Part shown: one piece after another, positions 8,790 through 17,671 of the stretch | How the letters are laid out: the number at the start of each line of letters is the position of its first letter | How positions within the stretch are numbered: position 1 is the first letter of the stretch | From: Xanthobacteraceae bacterium | Lineage (GTDB): Bacteria > Pseudomonadota > Alphaproteobacteria > Rhizobiales > Xanthobacteraceae | Direction: 5' to 3' | Length of the DNA: 64,000 bases | Assembly (NCBI GenBank): GCA_035472475.1 | Contig: DATIPA010000119.1 | Coordinates: 330-64,329, forward strand | Made by a program: the position numbers and the translations under genes | Notes under the pieces: generated by a model | What the model saw: only the letters and a program-made list of their open reading frames with translations | Databases searched by the model: none | Told to the model about the DNA's origin: nothing

Positions 8790-9788
8790 TTACGGCTGCC
8801 AGTACACGAATGCCATCGCATTGCCGGTACCGGCCTCCGAGCGATAGCACGGCACGTAATCGACCGGATGGAACTTGAAGCCGAGCCGCGCCATCGCGCC
8901 CGCGACCGGCACCCAGTTCTTCACTTCCGACGTGCCCGCTTGGAAAACGCTCTCGCCGAGATCGGCAACCTTCTCGATCGAGCCTTCGCGCATGGCGTCG
9001 AAGATTGCGCGATCGACTTCCTCGTCGATCACAAAGTGGGTGAGCCCGCCCGACGCGATCAGCGCGACCCGCGCGTCGCTCTTCCACGACTCGATCGCGT
9101 TCACCAGCGACTCGCCGAACTGGTAGCAGCGCCGCACGCTCGGCTGGTTGGGCGGATAGAACGTGTTGAGGATGACAGGCACGCTCGGCACCGCCTTGTC
9201 GAGCATGATCTGCCGGTAGATGAAGCCGAACGCGTGCGGCGTCTCGTCGTGCGGCAGTTCGGTAAGCGTTGAGACATCGAACTCGTCCGCCACCAGCGAT
9301 TTGACGATGTGCATGCCAAGCTCGGGTGCACCCGGATAGGTGGCACCACCGGGCGGAATGTGTCCCGGGATCGCGATCGCGATGCCGGGCGGCAGCGACG
9401 CGATGCGCTCATCGGAGAACATCGTGTTGACGATGGTCTTGCCGTAAAACACGCTGATCGCCGGCGTGTAGGCGTCGCGAAAAATCTCCTTCTGATCATT
9501 GCCGACAATGACGGCGACGTCGGGCTTGACCTCCGCGAACACAGCGGCGAGCTCACCAAGCGCCCTGCGGCAGGCGGCGTGACGCTCGCGCCAGACCGGC
9601 AACTCGATCTGCTTGCCGAGGTTTTCAGCCCTGCGGACCTCGACCAGCTGATCAAAGGTCCAAGTCTTGCTCTTGTAGAAGTGCTCCTTGTTCTTCCTGT
9701 CGGCGAGCACACGCTGGCCCCATTCCTCGGGCGGGGTCGAAAGCATCGGCCCGTGTGAAGAACCCATTCCGAGTACGATCTTTGCCAC
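8790..9788 (-). CDS. Class III extradiol ring-cleavage dioxygenase (LigB family)
   Basis: 332-aa ORF. N-terminus MAKIVLGMGSSHGPML and overall pattern match LigB-type (protocatechuate 4,5- / gallate-dioxygenase-like) enzymes. Confidence 0.8.
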   Translation of the reverse strand: MAKIVLGMGSSHGPMLSTPPEEWGQRVLADRKNKEHFYKSKTWTFDQLVEVRRAENLGKQIELPVWRERHAACRRALGELAAVFAEVKPDVAVIVGNDQKEIFRDAYTPAISVFYGKTIVNTMFSDERIASLPPGIAIAIPGHIPPGGATYPGAPELGMHIVKSLVADEFDVSTLTELPHDETPHAFGFIYRQIMLDKAVPSVPVILNTFYPPNQPSVRRCYQFGESLVNAIESWKSDARVALIASGGLTHFVIDEEVDRAIFDAMREGSIEKVADLGESVFQAGTSEVKNWVPVAGAMARLGFKFHPVDYVPCYRSEAGTGNAMAFVYWQP

Positions 9789-9835
9789 GGCGTACCTCCT
9801 ACTTATTCCGAATCAGTTTCTCCGCGGGCCGGCCA

Positions 9836-10843
9836 TCACACCTTCAACTTGAACACTTTGCGCGCGTTGTCGGCGAAGATCTTGTTGCGGTCCTGCGGCG
9901 AGAGCCACGCGAAGCCTTCGATATGCGGCCGGATATGATCCATCGTGTGACCGGTGTCCGGATCGATCGTCGATCCGACCCCTGGACATTCCGACCCGAA
10001 AAGGCAGCGGTCGGGGCCGACGGTCTTGATCAGCAATTCCAGTGCGGGCGCCGTGTAAAGCACGGTGTCGAAATATAAAAGCTTGAGCCGGTCGCGAAAG
10101 CGCGTCGCCCCGCGCCCGCGCAGCGAGGGGGCGTCGAAGCGCCCGAGCTGATAAGGGATTGCGCCGCCGCCGTGCGACACGATGATCTTCAGGTTCGGAA
10201 AATCCTTGAACACATCCGAGGACAGAAGCCCGAGGATCGCGATCGTGCCCTCGTTGATCAGGTGGACCGAATAGCTGGCGCGCTCGGAACGCGAGCTCGC
10301 GGTGTGGATGTGGGCCGGAACATCGAGCTCGCGGAGCTTTTCGTAGAGCGGATACCAGTAGCGGTCGCCGAGCGGCGGAGCTTCCTGGCCGGAGTTCTCA
10401 TACGGGTCCGGATTGAGCAGACAGCCGACGAAGCCGAGCTCCTTGACGCAGCGTTCGAGCTCCGGCAGCGCCTCCTCGATCGGAGCGCCGGCCGCTTGCG
10501 GCAGGCTCGCGACGCCGAAGAACCGGTTGGGATAAAGCTGGGTTTGGCGGTGGATGATGTTGTGGCACTCCTCCGCGAACCAGCGCACCAGCTTCGCCGG
10601 CTTCTCGCTGTGCATGAGTTGGAACGGACGCGGGGAGACGAGCTGCACATCGGTGCCATGCGCGTGTAAAGCGTCGAGGTGACCCTTGGGACCGATCTCC
10701 GCGTGGTTGAGCGCAGCGCGCAGCTCGTCATCCGAAACCTTGACACCACCGCGGCCGTGCGAGCCGCGCGAGGCCAGCAAGCCGGCCTTGTAGGCCCAAA
10801 GCTGCGCTGGCGCGCTGACGTGCCCGTGGCAATCGATAATCAC
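9836..10843 (-). CDS. Amidohydrolase family protein, LigJ (4-oxalomesaconate hydratase)-like
   Basis: 335-aa ORF starting MIIDCHGHVSAP, which resembles the LigJ N-terminus as recalled. Adjacent to the LigB-type dioxygenase. Confidence 0.7.
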   Translation of the reverse strand: MIIDCHGHVSAPAQLWAYKAGLLASRGSHGRGGVKVSDDELRAALNHAEIGPKGHLDALHAHGTDVQLVSPRPFQLMHSEKPAKLVRWFAEECHNIIHRQTQLYPNRFFGVASLPQAAGAPIEEALPELERCVKELGFVGCLLNPDPYENSGQEAPPLGDRYWYPLYEKLRELDVPAHIHTASSRSERASYSVHLINEGTIAILGLLSSDVFKDFPNLKIIVSHGGGAIPYQLGRFDAPSLRGRGATRFRDRLKLLYFDTVLYTAPALELLIKTVGPDRCLFGSECPGVGSTIDPDTGHTMDHIRPHIEGFAWLSPQDRNKIFADNARKVFKLKV

Positions 10844-10893
10844 GCGACGTCCTCCCTTTTTGACCGACCGGTTCGCGGCCTTTTGTAGGCAAG

Positions 10894-11652
10894 TTATTTG
10901 GTCACGGTTTCGAACAGCTGGTGCGCGCGGATCGTCTCCAGCCGCCGCCGGATCAGCCGACAGGCGCGCTCGGCGTCGCCGGCTTCGACGGCGTCGAGCA
11001 CCGCCTTGTCGGCTGAGACCACCCGCTTGGTCACGGCGTTGCTGGTGCGTCGCCCGTAGATCGGTTCGAGCACAACCCGCAGAGCCTTGAACTGTGCCGA
11101 CAGCGCCCGGTTATGGGCGGCATCCACAAGCCCGGCGTGGAAATGCATGGCTGTCTGGGTGAAGCGGGCCGCCGTCGATGCGGTCAACGTCTTCTGCGAC
11201 ATCGTCTGCAATTCGCTCAAGATCGTACGCAGTTTCGCAAGGTCATCCTTGCTCGCCCGCCTGGCCGCAAGCTCGGTCGCCATTACCTCGATCGCAATCT
11301 GTGCGTCGAACATTTCCTCGATGCTGATGCCAACCAGCTTGAGCTGGACCGCGAGCGCGTCTGCAAAGCGATTGGGGTCGCCGGCGGCGATGCGGGCGCC
11401 GCCGTTGGCGCCCATCTTGACCTCGACGATGCCGAGCGCCTGCAGGGTCTTGAACGCATCGCGCACCGGCACGCGGCTGACGCCGAACTTCTTCGCGAGA
11501 TCGGTCTCCGAGCCGAGCACGTCGCCCGGCTTGAGCTCGCCACGGAATAGCGCCGCACGCACCTGATCGACGATGCGGCTCGAAACCGATTGTGGCCGCA
11601 CCTCCTGCCAGCGCGACCAGCGTTGCGTTGTCGACTGCGGTTTGGACGTCAC
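10894..11652 (-). CDS. GntR family transcriptional regulator (FadR subfamily)
   Basis: 252-aa ORF with wHTH (ETDLAKKFGVSRVPVRDAFKTLQALGIV). GTG start at 11652 is uncertain. Divergent from the hpaB-like gene. Confidence 0.85.
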   Translation of the reverse strand: MTSKPQSTTQRWSRWQEVRPQSVSSRIVDQVRAALFRGELKPGDVLGSETDLAKKFGVSRVPVRDAFKTLQALGIVEVKMGANGGARIAAGDPNRFADALAVQLKLVGISIEEMFDAQIAIEVMATELAARRASKDDLAKLRTILSELQTMSQKTLTASTAARFTQTAMHFHAGLVDAAHNRALSAQFKALRVVLEPIYGRRTSNAVTKRVVSADKAVLDAVEAGDAERACRLIRRRLETIRAHQLFETVTK

Positions 11653-11684
11653 CGGCGCTTTTCCAAGAAGTCAGCTTGACAGGT

Positions 11685-11699
11685 GTATAACTGTAATAC
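11685..11699. promoter_or_regulatory. Candidate GntR-family operator
   Basis: Imperfect palindrome GTATAACTGTAATAC (GTAT-N7-ATAC) immediately downstream of a TTGACA hexamer (11676-11681), in the gntR/hpaB-like divergent intergenic region. Confidence 0.35.
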
Positions 11700-11755
11700 A
11701 GATTTTCGATAAGGCAAGCGGCGAAGATCGTCGGCTGCCGCGAGGAGGAGCGTCC

Positions 11756-13231
11756 ATGATGTCACCAAGCGTTGGGCCGGCCGCCCGAGGCCGTGCCGAC
11801 AGGGTCGGCGCGCCCGGCATCATGGACGGGGCACGTTACATCGAGAGCCTGCGGGACGGGCGCGAAATCTGGCTGCACGGCGAGAGGGTCGCCGATGTCA
11901 CGCAGCATCCGGCGTTTTGCAATGTGGTTGCGACTTTCGCCGGGCTTTACGATCTGCAGCACCAGGCCGCCACCCGCGAGATCATGACCTACGTTGACCC
12001 CGACGGCGTGCGCGGCTCGGTGTCCTATTTGCCGCCAGCGTCGCCGGACGAACTGCTGCGCCGCCGCCGTAACACCGAAGTCTGGACCGAGCGCAGCTTT
12101 GGCATGCTCGGCCGGTTGCCCGACTTCTGCGCCGCCATGCTGGTCGGCTTCCATGACACCCGGGCCGAGCTCAACGCTCTGCACGCGGGCTTCGGCGACA
12201 ACGCGACGCGCTACCTCACGTACGCGCGCCAGAATGACCTTGCGCTTTCGCACGGCCTACACGATCCGCACATGGACAAGACGCTGCGCCCGCGCCAGGA
12301 CCCCGACCGCTGCCTGCGCATCGTCGCCGAACGCGACGACGGCGTGGTCGTGCGCGGCGCCCGCTTTGTGACGCTCGGGCCGCTGAGCAACGAGGTGGTG
12401 GTGGCGCCCACCTACGTGCTGGCCGACGACGAGGAGGAGTTTGCGATCTGGTTTGCCTGCCCGGTCAACCTGCCCGGCATCCGCCAGATCTGCCGCGACC
12501 CGTTCACCTTGCGGCCGCAGACCGCGGATCATCCGCTGTCGACCCGCTACGACGAGCAGGACGTGCTGATGATCTTCGACGACGTACTGATCCCGTGGGA
12601 ACGGGTTTTTCTGATGCGACAGCCGAAAGCGGCCAACGCGCTGTTCCGATCGCGTGTGATGTCGTGGGCGGGCTACGCCAGCATATTGCAGACCATGGCC
12701 CGGCTTGAGCTGATCATCGGCACCGCGCATCTGATCGCCGAGACCGGCGGCATCGCGAAGCGTCCGCATGTCGCGCTCGAAATGGGGGAGCTCGTCTCCT
12801 ACGCGGGTATGTTCAAGGGCATGCTGCGCGCCGCCGAAGTTGATTGCGTGCGCACGCCGGGCGGGCATTACACGCTCGGCGACACCGGGCACATCCGGCC
12901 GCTGATCGCCATGACCTCCGAGCGCATCATCAACATCTTCGAACACGTGGCGACCAGCGCGCCGGTGTTCGCGGCGACCGCGGAGGATTTCGACGTGCCG
13001 CAGCTGCGCCCGCTGCTCGATGTCTATGGCCGCGGCAAGGACGTTAGCGCCGATTACCGACATCGGCTCTGCCGGCTGGCCTGGGAGCTCACCGCCGATT
13101 CATTCGGCGGGCGGCAGCAGCTCTACGAGCGCCTGCACTCCGGTTCGCCCGAGGTCATCGTCAGCGGCGCCTATCAGCGCTACGACAAGGCCAAGGGCAT
13201 CGCCATGGTCAACACGCTGATAGGCGAGTGA
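11756..13231 (+). CDS. 4-hydroxyphenylacetate 3-monooxygenase oxygenase-component family protein (HpaB family)
   Basis: In-frame ATG 11756 is preceded by GAGGAGG. YIESLRDGREIWLHGERVADVTQHPAF is typical of the HpaB / 4-hydroxybutyryl-CoA dehydratase fold family. Confidence 0.85.
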   Translation: MMSPSVGPAARGRADRVGAPGIMDGARYIESLRDGREIWLHGERVADVTQHPAFCNVVATFAGLYDLQHQAATREIMTYVDPDGVRGSVSYLPPASPDELLRRRRNTEVWTERSFGMLGRLPDFCAAMLVGFHDTRAELNALHAGFGDNATRYLTYARQNDLALSHGLHDPHMDKTLRPRQDPDRCLRIVAERDDGVVVRGARFVTLGPLSNEVVVAPTYVLADDEEEFAIWFACPVNLPGIRQICRDPFTLRPQTADHPLSTRYDEQDVLMIFDDVLIPWERVFLMRQPKAANALFRSRVMSWAGYASILQTMARLELIIGTAHLIAETGGIAKRPHVALEMGELVSYAGMFKGMLRAAEVDCVRTPGGHYTLGDTGHIRPLIAMTSERIINIFEHVATSAPVFAATAEDFDVPQLRPLLDVYGRGKDVSADYRHRLCRLAWELTADSFGGRQQLYERLHSGSPEVIVSGAYQRYDKAKGIAMVNTLIGE

Positions 13232-13366
13232 CCGGCCCTGCGCGAAAGCGCCGCTATCCGTAAGCAGAATGCTGCGCTAAAGCTTGTTGCGTCGTCTTTC
13301 CGGGCAGCGCGCGCTGTTTGCGTCCCGGCCAGTGCACTTGACCAACGCGGAAGCGCAGCAACTGCC

Positions 13367-14488
13367 ATGCGAACCACTACTATCAATCCGCCGTCGTCTC
13401 GGCTCTGCATGAGCGTGGCGACGCTTGTGCTCGGGCTTTTGTTCATGCCGCAGGTTTTCCTGTCGAGGGCAGTGGCGCAGCCGGCGTCACTCACCCAATC
13501 GCAGTCCGACGCGCTCAACGCGTACAACAATGCGCTGAGCCAATTTAAGTCGATCCTGAGCCAGCGGCGCGCACAGATCAACTCGCACGAACCGCTGCCG
13601 AACCTGCCTGGACAGGCGCTTTATCTCGCCCGCAACAACATGATGAGCACGTACAAGGATCTCACGGACGTGCTGCCGTCCAAGATCGGGCGGCCCAATA
13701 AGTTCGGGATTCCCCCGGCCTACTTCGATGCCGACAACGAGCCGCTAATCGATGAGTACACGAATATCTTCAAGATCATGCAGGCGCCGCCCGCCAACGC
13801 GCAGAACTCGGAAACGCCGTTCAAGGACGTGGTCGACCTTGGAACCGCCATCGCCCGCGCCAAGGGCCTCGATGCGGCAAATGCCGATGCGGCAGGCCGT
13901 ATCAGCCTGGGCCTGTTTTTTGCCGAAACCAACGGCAACCAAAACATCGGGAACGCGCGCTCGAACAAGTACAAGGGAAGCCTGCAAACCGGTGTGTCAG
14001 AAAGTCAAAATGGTCAAGCCAAGTGGGCGGCGATCAAAAAATCGATTGCAGCGTTCGATCCCGCGCTGGTCGCCCGCGACGACAGGGAGGAGGCGCGGGT
14101 GGGCAGTTCGGATCATCGTTACAACCACTGGACCGCCGTGCGAGACGGCCTGATGAACGCGCACGCCAATCTTTTTCAGCAAATACCGGCGATCGCCAAA
14201 GCATTGCCCAATCCGATCGATCAGATGAAGCTGTTCGAGCTGATCCAGATCATTCCGAGCCCGACCAAGGCCGCCCTCGCGTCAGGCAACCTGGCCAATT
14301 ACAGAGTTTCAGACTCGACCATCATGGGATATCTGCGCAACAACAGCATGTTCGCCTATGGACAAGCTGATAGGGCCAAAACATCGGCAACCTTCCGCGA
14401 AATCATGAGCGCGATGTGGCTCTTCAACGAAAAATTCGAACGCGCTACGGCCAAATTCAACGAGATCAAGGCGCAGAAAAAGGGCTGA
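13367..14488 (+). CDS. Hypothetical exported protein
   Basis: 373-aa ORF with an N-terminal signal-like segment (VATLVLGLLFMPQVFLSRAVAQP). Visibly lower GC than its neighbours. No family recognised. Confidence 0.7.
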   Translation: MRTTTINPPSSRLCMSVATLVLGLLFMPQVFLSRAVAQPASLTQSQSDALNAYNNALSQFKSILSQRRAQINSHEPLPNLPGQALYLARNNMMSTYKDLTDVLPSKIGRPNKFGIPPAYFDADNEPLIDEYTNIFKIMQAPPANAQNSETPFKDVVDLGTAIARAKGLDAANADAAGRISLGLFFAETNGNQNIGNARSNKYKGSLQTGVSESQNGQAKWAAIKKSIAAFDPALVARDDREEARVGSSDHRYNHWTAVRDGLMNAHANLFQQIPAIAKALPNPIDQMKLFELIQIIPSPTKAALASGNLANYRVSDSTIMGYLRNNSMFAYGQADRAKTSATFREIMSAMWLFNEKFERATAKFNEIKAQKKG

Positions 14489-14512
14489 GTGCCGAGGTCA
14501 TTGCCAATAGGG

Positions 14513-14947
14513 CTATTCGGCGGGAATGGCTTTTTCACCTGCTCTCGCATAGTTCTGCAGCTTGTCTTTCAAAATCTCGACAGCGCTCTTGGCGCCGCCT
14601 TCGTTGCTCTTCGACGCTTCCGCGGTTCCGCCCTGTACTGTCGCGGGCGGCGGCAGGTCACGCACACGAACGAGATAGTTCGCAAGCACCGCGGCATATT
14701 GAGCCTTGGTGGTGTAATGCTCGTGCAGAAACCCCGTGAGGCTGCGGGCGTCGCGGCCGCGCCCTAAGCCTTGAGGCGAAGGGTGACAGGCCGAGCAGTC
14801 GGAGGCAAACAGCTGCTCGGGCGTCTTGCGGGCGCTGTAGTCGACCTGACCCAGCGCAAGGCCGGGCGACGCGACGACGACCCCAATCGACAACCATCGC
14901 CGCAAGAAGGCCGGGAACCAAGGGCGTGAACCTGAAATCATCTTCAC
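14513..14947 (-). CDS. Putative exported c-type cytochrome-like protein
   Basis: 144-aa ORF with a signal-like N-terminus and a single CxxCH haem-binding motif (CSACH). Confidence 0.6.
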   Translation of the reverse strand: MKMISGSRPWFPAFLRRWLSIGVVVASPGLALGQVDYSARKTPEQLFASDCSACHPSPQGLGRGRDARSLTGFLHEHYTTKAQYAAVLANYLVRVRDLPPPATVQGGTAEASKSNEGGAKSAVEILKDKLQNYARAGEKAIPAE

Positions 14948-15100
14948 CCACCATATTGTGTTTGGCAGGCCAGGGCTCGAGCACCTTCTTTAATCCACCC
15001 GGGGGTCGAATTTTGCCCCAATTGTTCTACAAATCCAATTGCTCTGTAAGCCCATTTAGTTGGCCTTGCCGTCAAGCTGACGAGGCCCAAAAGCATCTGA

Positions 15101-16099
15101 TCAGGGGATTAACACCATCGAGCCTGTGTTGCTCCTGGATTCGATCTCGCGGTGCGCCGCGGCGGCTTCGCTCAGTGGGAACGTACGGCTGATCTCGATC
15201 GTCAGCGCCCCCTTCTGCACGAGGTCGAACAGTTCGGCGGCGGCGGTCCGCATGGTCGCAACATCGCCGATGTAGCTCGAGAGCCCCGGCCGGCAGACCG
15301 AGAGCGACTTCGGCGCAAGGTGCAGGAGCTCGATCGGCGGCACGTGGCCGGACGCGTTGCCGTAGTTGACCGCCTTGCCGAACGGCCGGATGCAGGCGAA
15401 CGATTTGAGGAACGTATCCTTGCCGACGCCGTCGAACACGGCCGCGACACCCCCAGGCGCGATCTTGCCAACCACCTCGACGAAATCGATCTCGCGATAA
15501 AGGATCGTGTGCTCGCAGCCATGCTGCTCGGCGACCTTGGCCTTGTCGCGCGAGCCGGCCGTACCGATGACGCTCGCCCCGAGATGCTTCGCCCATTGGA
15601 CGAGGAGGAGACCAACGCCGCTTGCGGCCGCGTGGATCAGGATCGTGTCCCCAGGCTGAGGTCGGTGGATGCGATTGATGATCAGCGATGCGGTAAAGCC
15701 CTTCACCATCATGGCGGCGGCCTGCTGTTCGGAAAAACGCGGCGGCAGCTTGATCAGGCGCTCGGCAAAGACGTTGCGTTCCTCCGCATAAGCGCCGGTG
15801 TCCTCATAGAACTCGCCGCGCATGCCGGCATAGACGACGCGGTCGCCGGGCTTGACCTCGGTGACGCCGGGCCCGACCGCTTCCACCACGCCGGCCGCCT
15901 CATTGCCAAGCACGAGCGGAAATCGCGGCGGCCGCGCCAGGTAGAAGCCGCCGCGCCGGACGTTTACATCCGAATAATTGATCCCGACCGCGGTGTGGCG
16001 AATGCGCGCCTGGCCCGGTCCCGGCGGCGGAACCTCGATGTCTTCCCAGCGCATCACATCGGGCGTGCCGTTGGCGTGAATGCGGATTGCTTTGGGCAT
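15101..16099 (-). CDS. NADPH:quinone oxidoreductase / zinc-type alcohol dehydrogenase family (Qor-like)
   Basis: 332-aa ORF with an MDR-superfamily pattern (IRHTAVGINYSDVNVRRG...AAASGVGLLLVQWAK). Confidence 0.85.
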   Translation of the reverse strand: MPKAIRIHANGTPDVMRWEDIEVPPPGPGQARIRHTAVGINYSDVNVRRGGFYLARPPRFPLVLGNEAAGVVEAVGPGVTEVKPGDRVVYAGMRGEFYEDTGAYAEERNVFAERLIKLPPRFSEQQAAAMMVKGFTASLIINRIHRPQPGDTILIHAAASGVGLLLVQWAKHLGASVIGTAGSRDKAKVAEQHGCEHTILYREIDFVEVVGKIAPGGVAAVFDGVGKDTFLKSFACIRPFGKAVNYGNASGHVPPIELLHLAPKSLSVCRPGLSSYIGDVATMRTAAAELFDLVQKGALTIEISRTFPLSEAAAAHREIESRSNTGSMVLIP

Positions 16100-16120
16100 C
16101 TTTCAAACCGTCAGTCCATT

Positions 16121-16207
16121 GTCATGGCGGGGCTTGCCCCGGCCATCCACATTTTTCCTATTGATTGCATAAATCGCGTCGATGCCCGCGACAAGCGCGG
16201 GCATGAC
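16121..16207. repeat. REP-like intergenic element made of two inverted GC-rich hairpins
   Basis: Hairpin 1 at 16124-16146 (ATGGCgGGG-CUUGC-CCCgGCCAT). Hairpin 2 at 16182-16204 (ATGCCCGCG-ACAAG-CGCGGGCAT, 9 bp perfect). Hairpin 2 is roughly the reverse complement of hairpin 1. Confidence 0.5.
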
Positions 16208-16231
16208 CGGCAAGGATCTAGTCGCCCTGCC

Positions 16232-17560
16232 CTACTCCGCCGCGATCCGCAGCGCGCCGGTTGGGTTCTTGGAGGCGCGCATCTCCTCCGAATAGGCGCG
16301 CAGCCAGTCGAGCGCCGACGAGCTTGCGAAATCGCCGCCGCGCGCACCCTGATAGGTCTCGGGATTGTCGACGCCGGGGGGCACGATCCCTTCCATGTGG
16401 GCCTGCACGGCACGCAAGATGCGCCGGCGGGTGCGCGTGATCATCAGGTCGCTGATCGCGAGATTCTCGTGCTCGTGATCGACGATCCCGCCCATGCTTT
16501 CGGTGATCGCCTGATCCTGCAGATGGACGCCGTCAATTCCGGTATAGCTGATGTTGCGCGCCTGCTGGTCGCGATCCATCAGGTAGTCGTTCTCCTTGTT
16601 GGCCTTCAGGCGCCAGCGGCCGAACCAGCTGGTGTCGCTTTCCGCATACATGTGCGGCAAGACCGGCGCCATGCCGGGAATCGGGCTGCCGTCCTTCATC
16701 TTGCGCAAGCCCGGCGCGTTCTTCTTCCACGCCGCGTGCACGAACATGGTGTGGGTATCGTCCATCGGCACCCAGGCGCGCGCGACCACGTGATCGCGGA
16801 AATGCCCGTCGGGCGGAATCGTCCAGAACGGAAACATGAAGTGCGCGAAGCGCCAGTAGATCTCGCCTGGCGCGCCGGGCCGGTAGGCCGAATACATAGT
16901 GCCCCAGTCGGTGTCGGCGACGTGATACTCGGGCGCGCGGTTGGCGAGCGCATAGCGCCCAAGGTGGCCGGGCTCGGTGTCCTCGACCTCTACGCCGCCC
17001 ATGTGCAGGAAGCCGAGATGGGAGGTATCGATGTCGCCTTCGAGCGCCTGCAGATAACTGCACTCGCGCTGGACCATGAAAAGGTTGCGCTCGCTGTCGT
17101 CGGCGATCATGACCGATTCGAACATCGGCGGCGGCGGCGGTTCCTTGCGGGCGCCCATGTAGGTCCAGATCAGGCCGTTGCGCTCCGCGGTCGGATAGGC
17201 CTTGGCGGTGATCTTGTTGGGAAACGCCTGGTGCTTGGGAACGTTCGGCATGTCGAGACAATTGCCGTCGACGTCGAACATCCAGCCGTGGTACGCGCAG
17301 CGCAACCCATCTTTCTCGTTGCGGCCGAAGAACAAGGAGGCGCAGCGGTGTGGGCAGCGATGGTCGAGCACACCGACCCGGCCGGCGCGATCGCGAAATG
17401 CGATCAGCTGCTCGCCCAACAACATGAGCCGCATCGGCGGCCCATTGGCCGTCAGCTCGGCGGACAACGCGGCGGGAACCCAGTACTCCCGCATGAAGTT
17501 GCCCATTGGAGTTCCGGGCCCAACCCGACTGAGCAGCTCGCCCTCGGCTCGTGTGGTCAT
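16232..17560 (-). CDS. Rieske [2Fe-2S] non-heme-iron ring-hydroxylating oxygenase, alpha subunit (paralog of 66..1361)
   Basis: Real gene is the 442-aa C-terminal part of ORF 16232..18466, starting MTTRAEGELL at ATG 17560. Rieske motif CPHRCASL...CAYHGW. Confidence 0.85.
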   Translation of the reverse strand: MTTRAEGELLSRVGPGTPMGNFMREYWVPAALSAELTANGPPMRLMLLGEQLIAFRDRAGRVGVLDHRCPHRCASLFFGRNEKDGLRCAYHGWMFDVDGNCLDMPNVPKHQAFPNKITAKAYPTAERNGLIWTYMGARKEPPPPPMFESVMIADDSERNLFMVQRECSYLQALEGDIDTSHLGFLHMGGVEVEDTEPGHLGRYALANRAPEYHVADTDWGTMYSAYRPGAPGEIYWRFAHFMFPFWTIPPDGHFRDHVVARAWVPMDDTHTMFVHAAWKKNAPGLRKMKDGSPIPGMAPVLPHMYAESDTSWFGRWRLKANKENDYLMDRDQQARNISYTGIDGVHLQDQAITESMGGIVDHEHENLAISDLMITRTRRRILRAVQAHMEGIVPPGVDNPETYQGARGGDFASSSALDWLRAYSEEMRASKNPTGALRIAAE

Positions 17561-17671
17561 GCGCGTCTCCCGTTGCGTTTCTCGTTTTGATTGTAACCCG
17601 GTTGGAGCCTGTGCGTAATCCGGGGTAAGGAATATCTGATCCCGGATTTCATCCGGGCTACAGGTAAAAGC

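Noticed and set aside
15152-17590. 812-aa plus-strand ORF
   Set aside because: It is antisense to the Qor-like and Rieske oxygenase genes and runs straight through the REP-like intergenic element. Its composition is Arg/Ala/Gly-rich with no motifs, so it is a shadow ORF.
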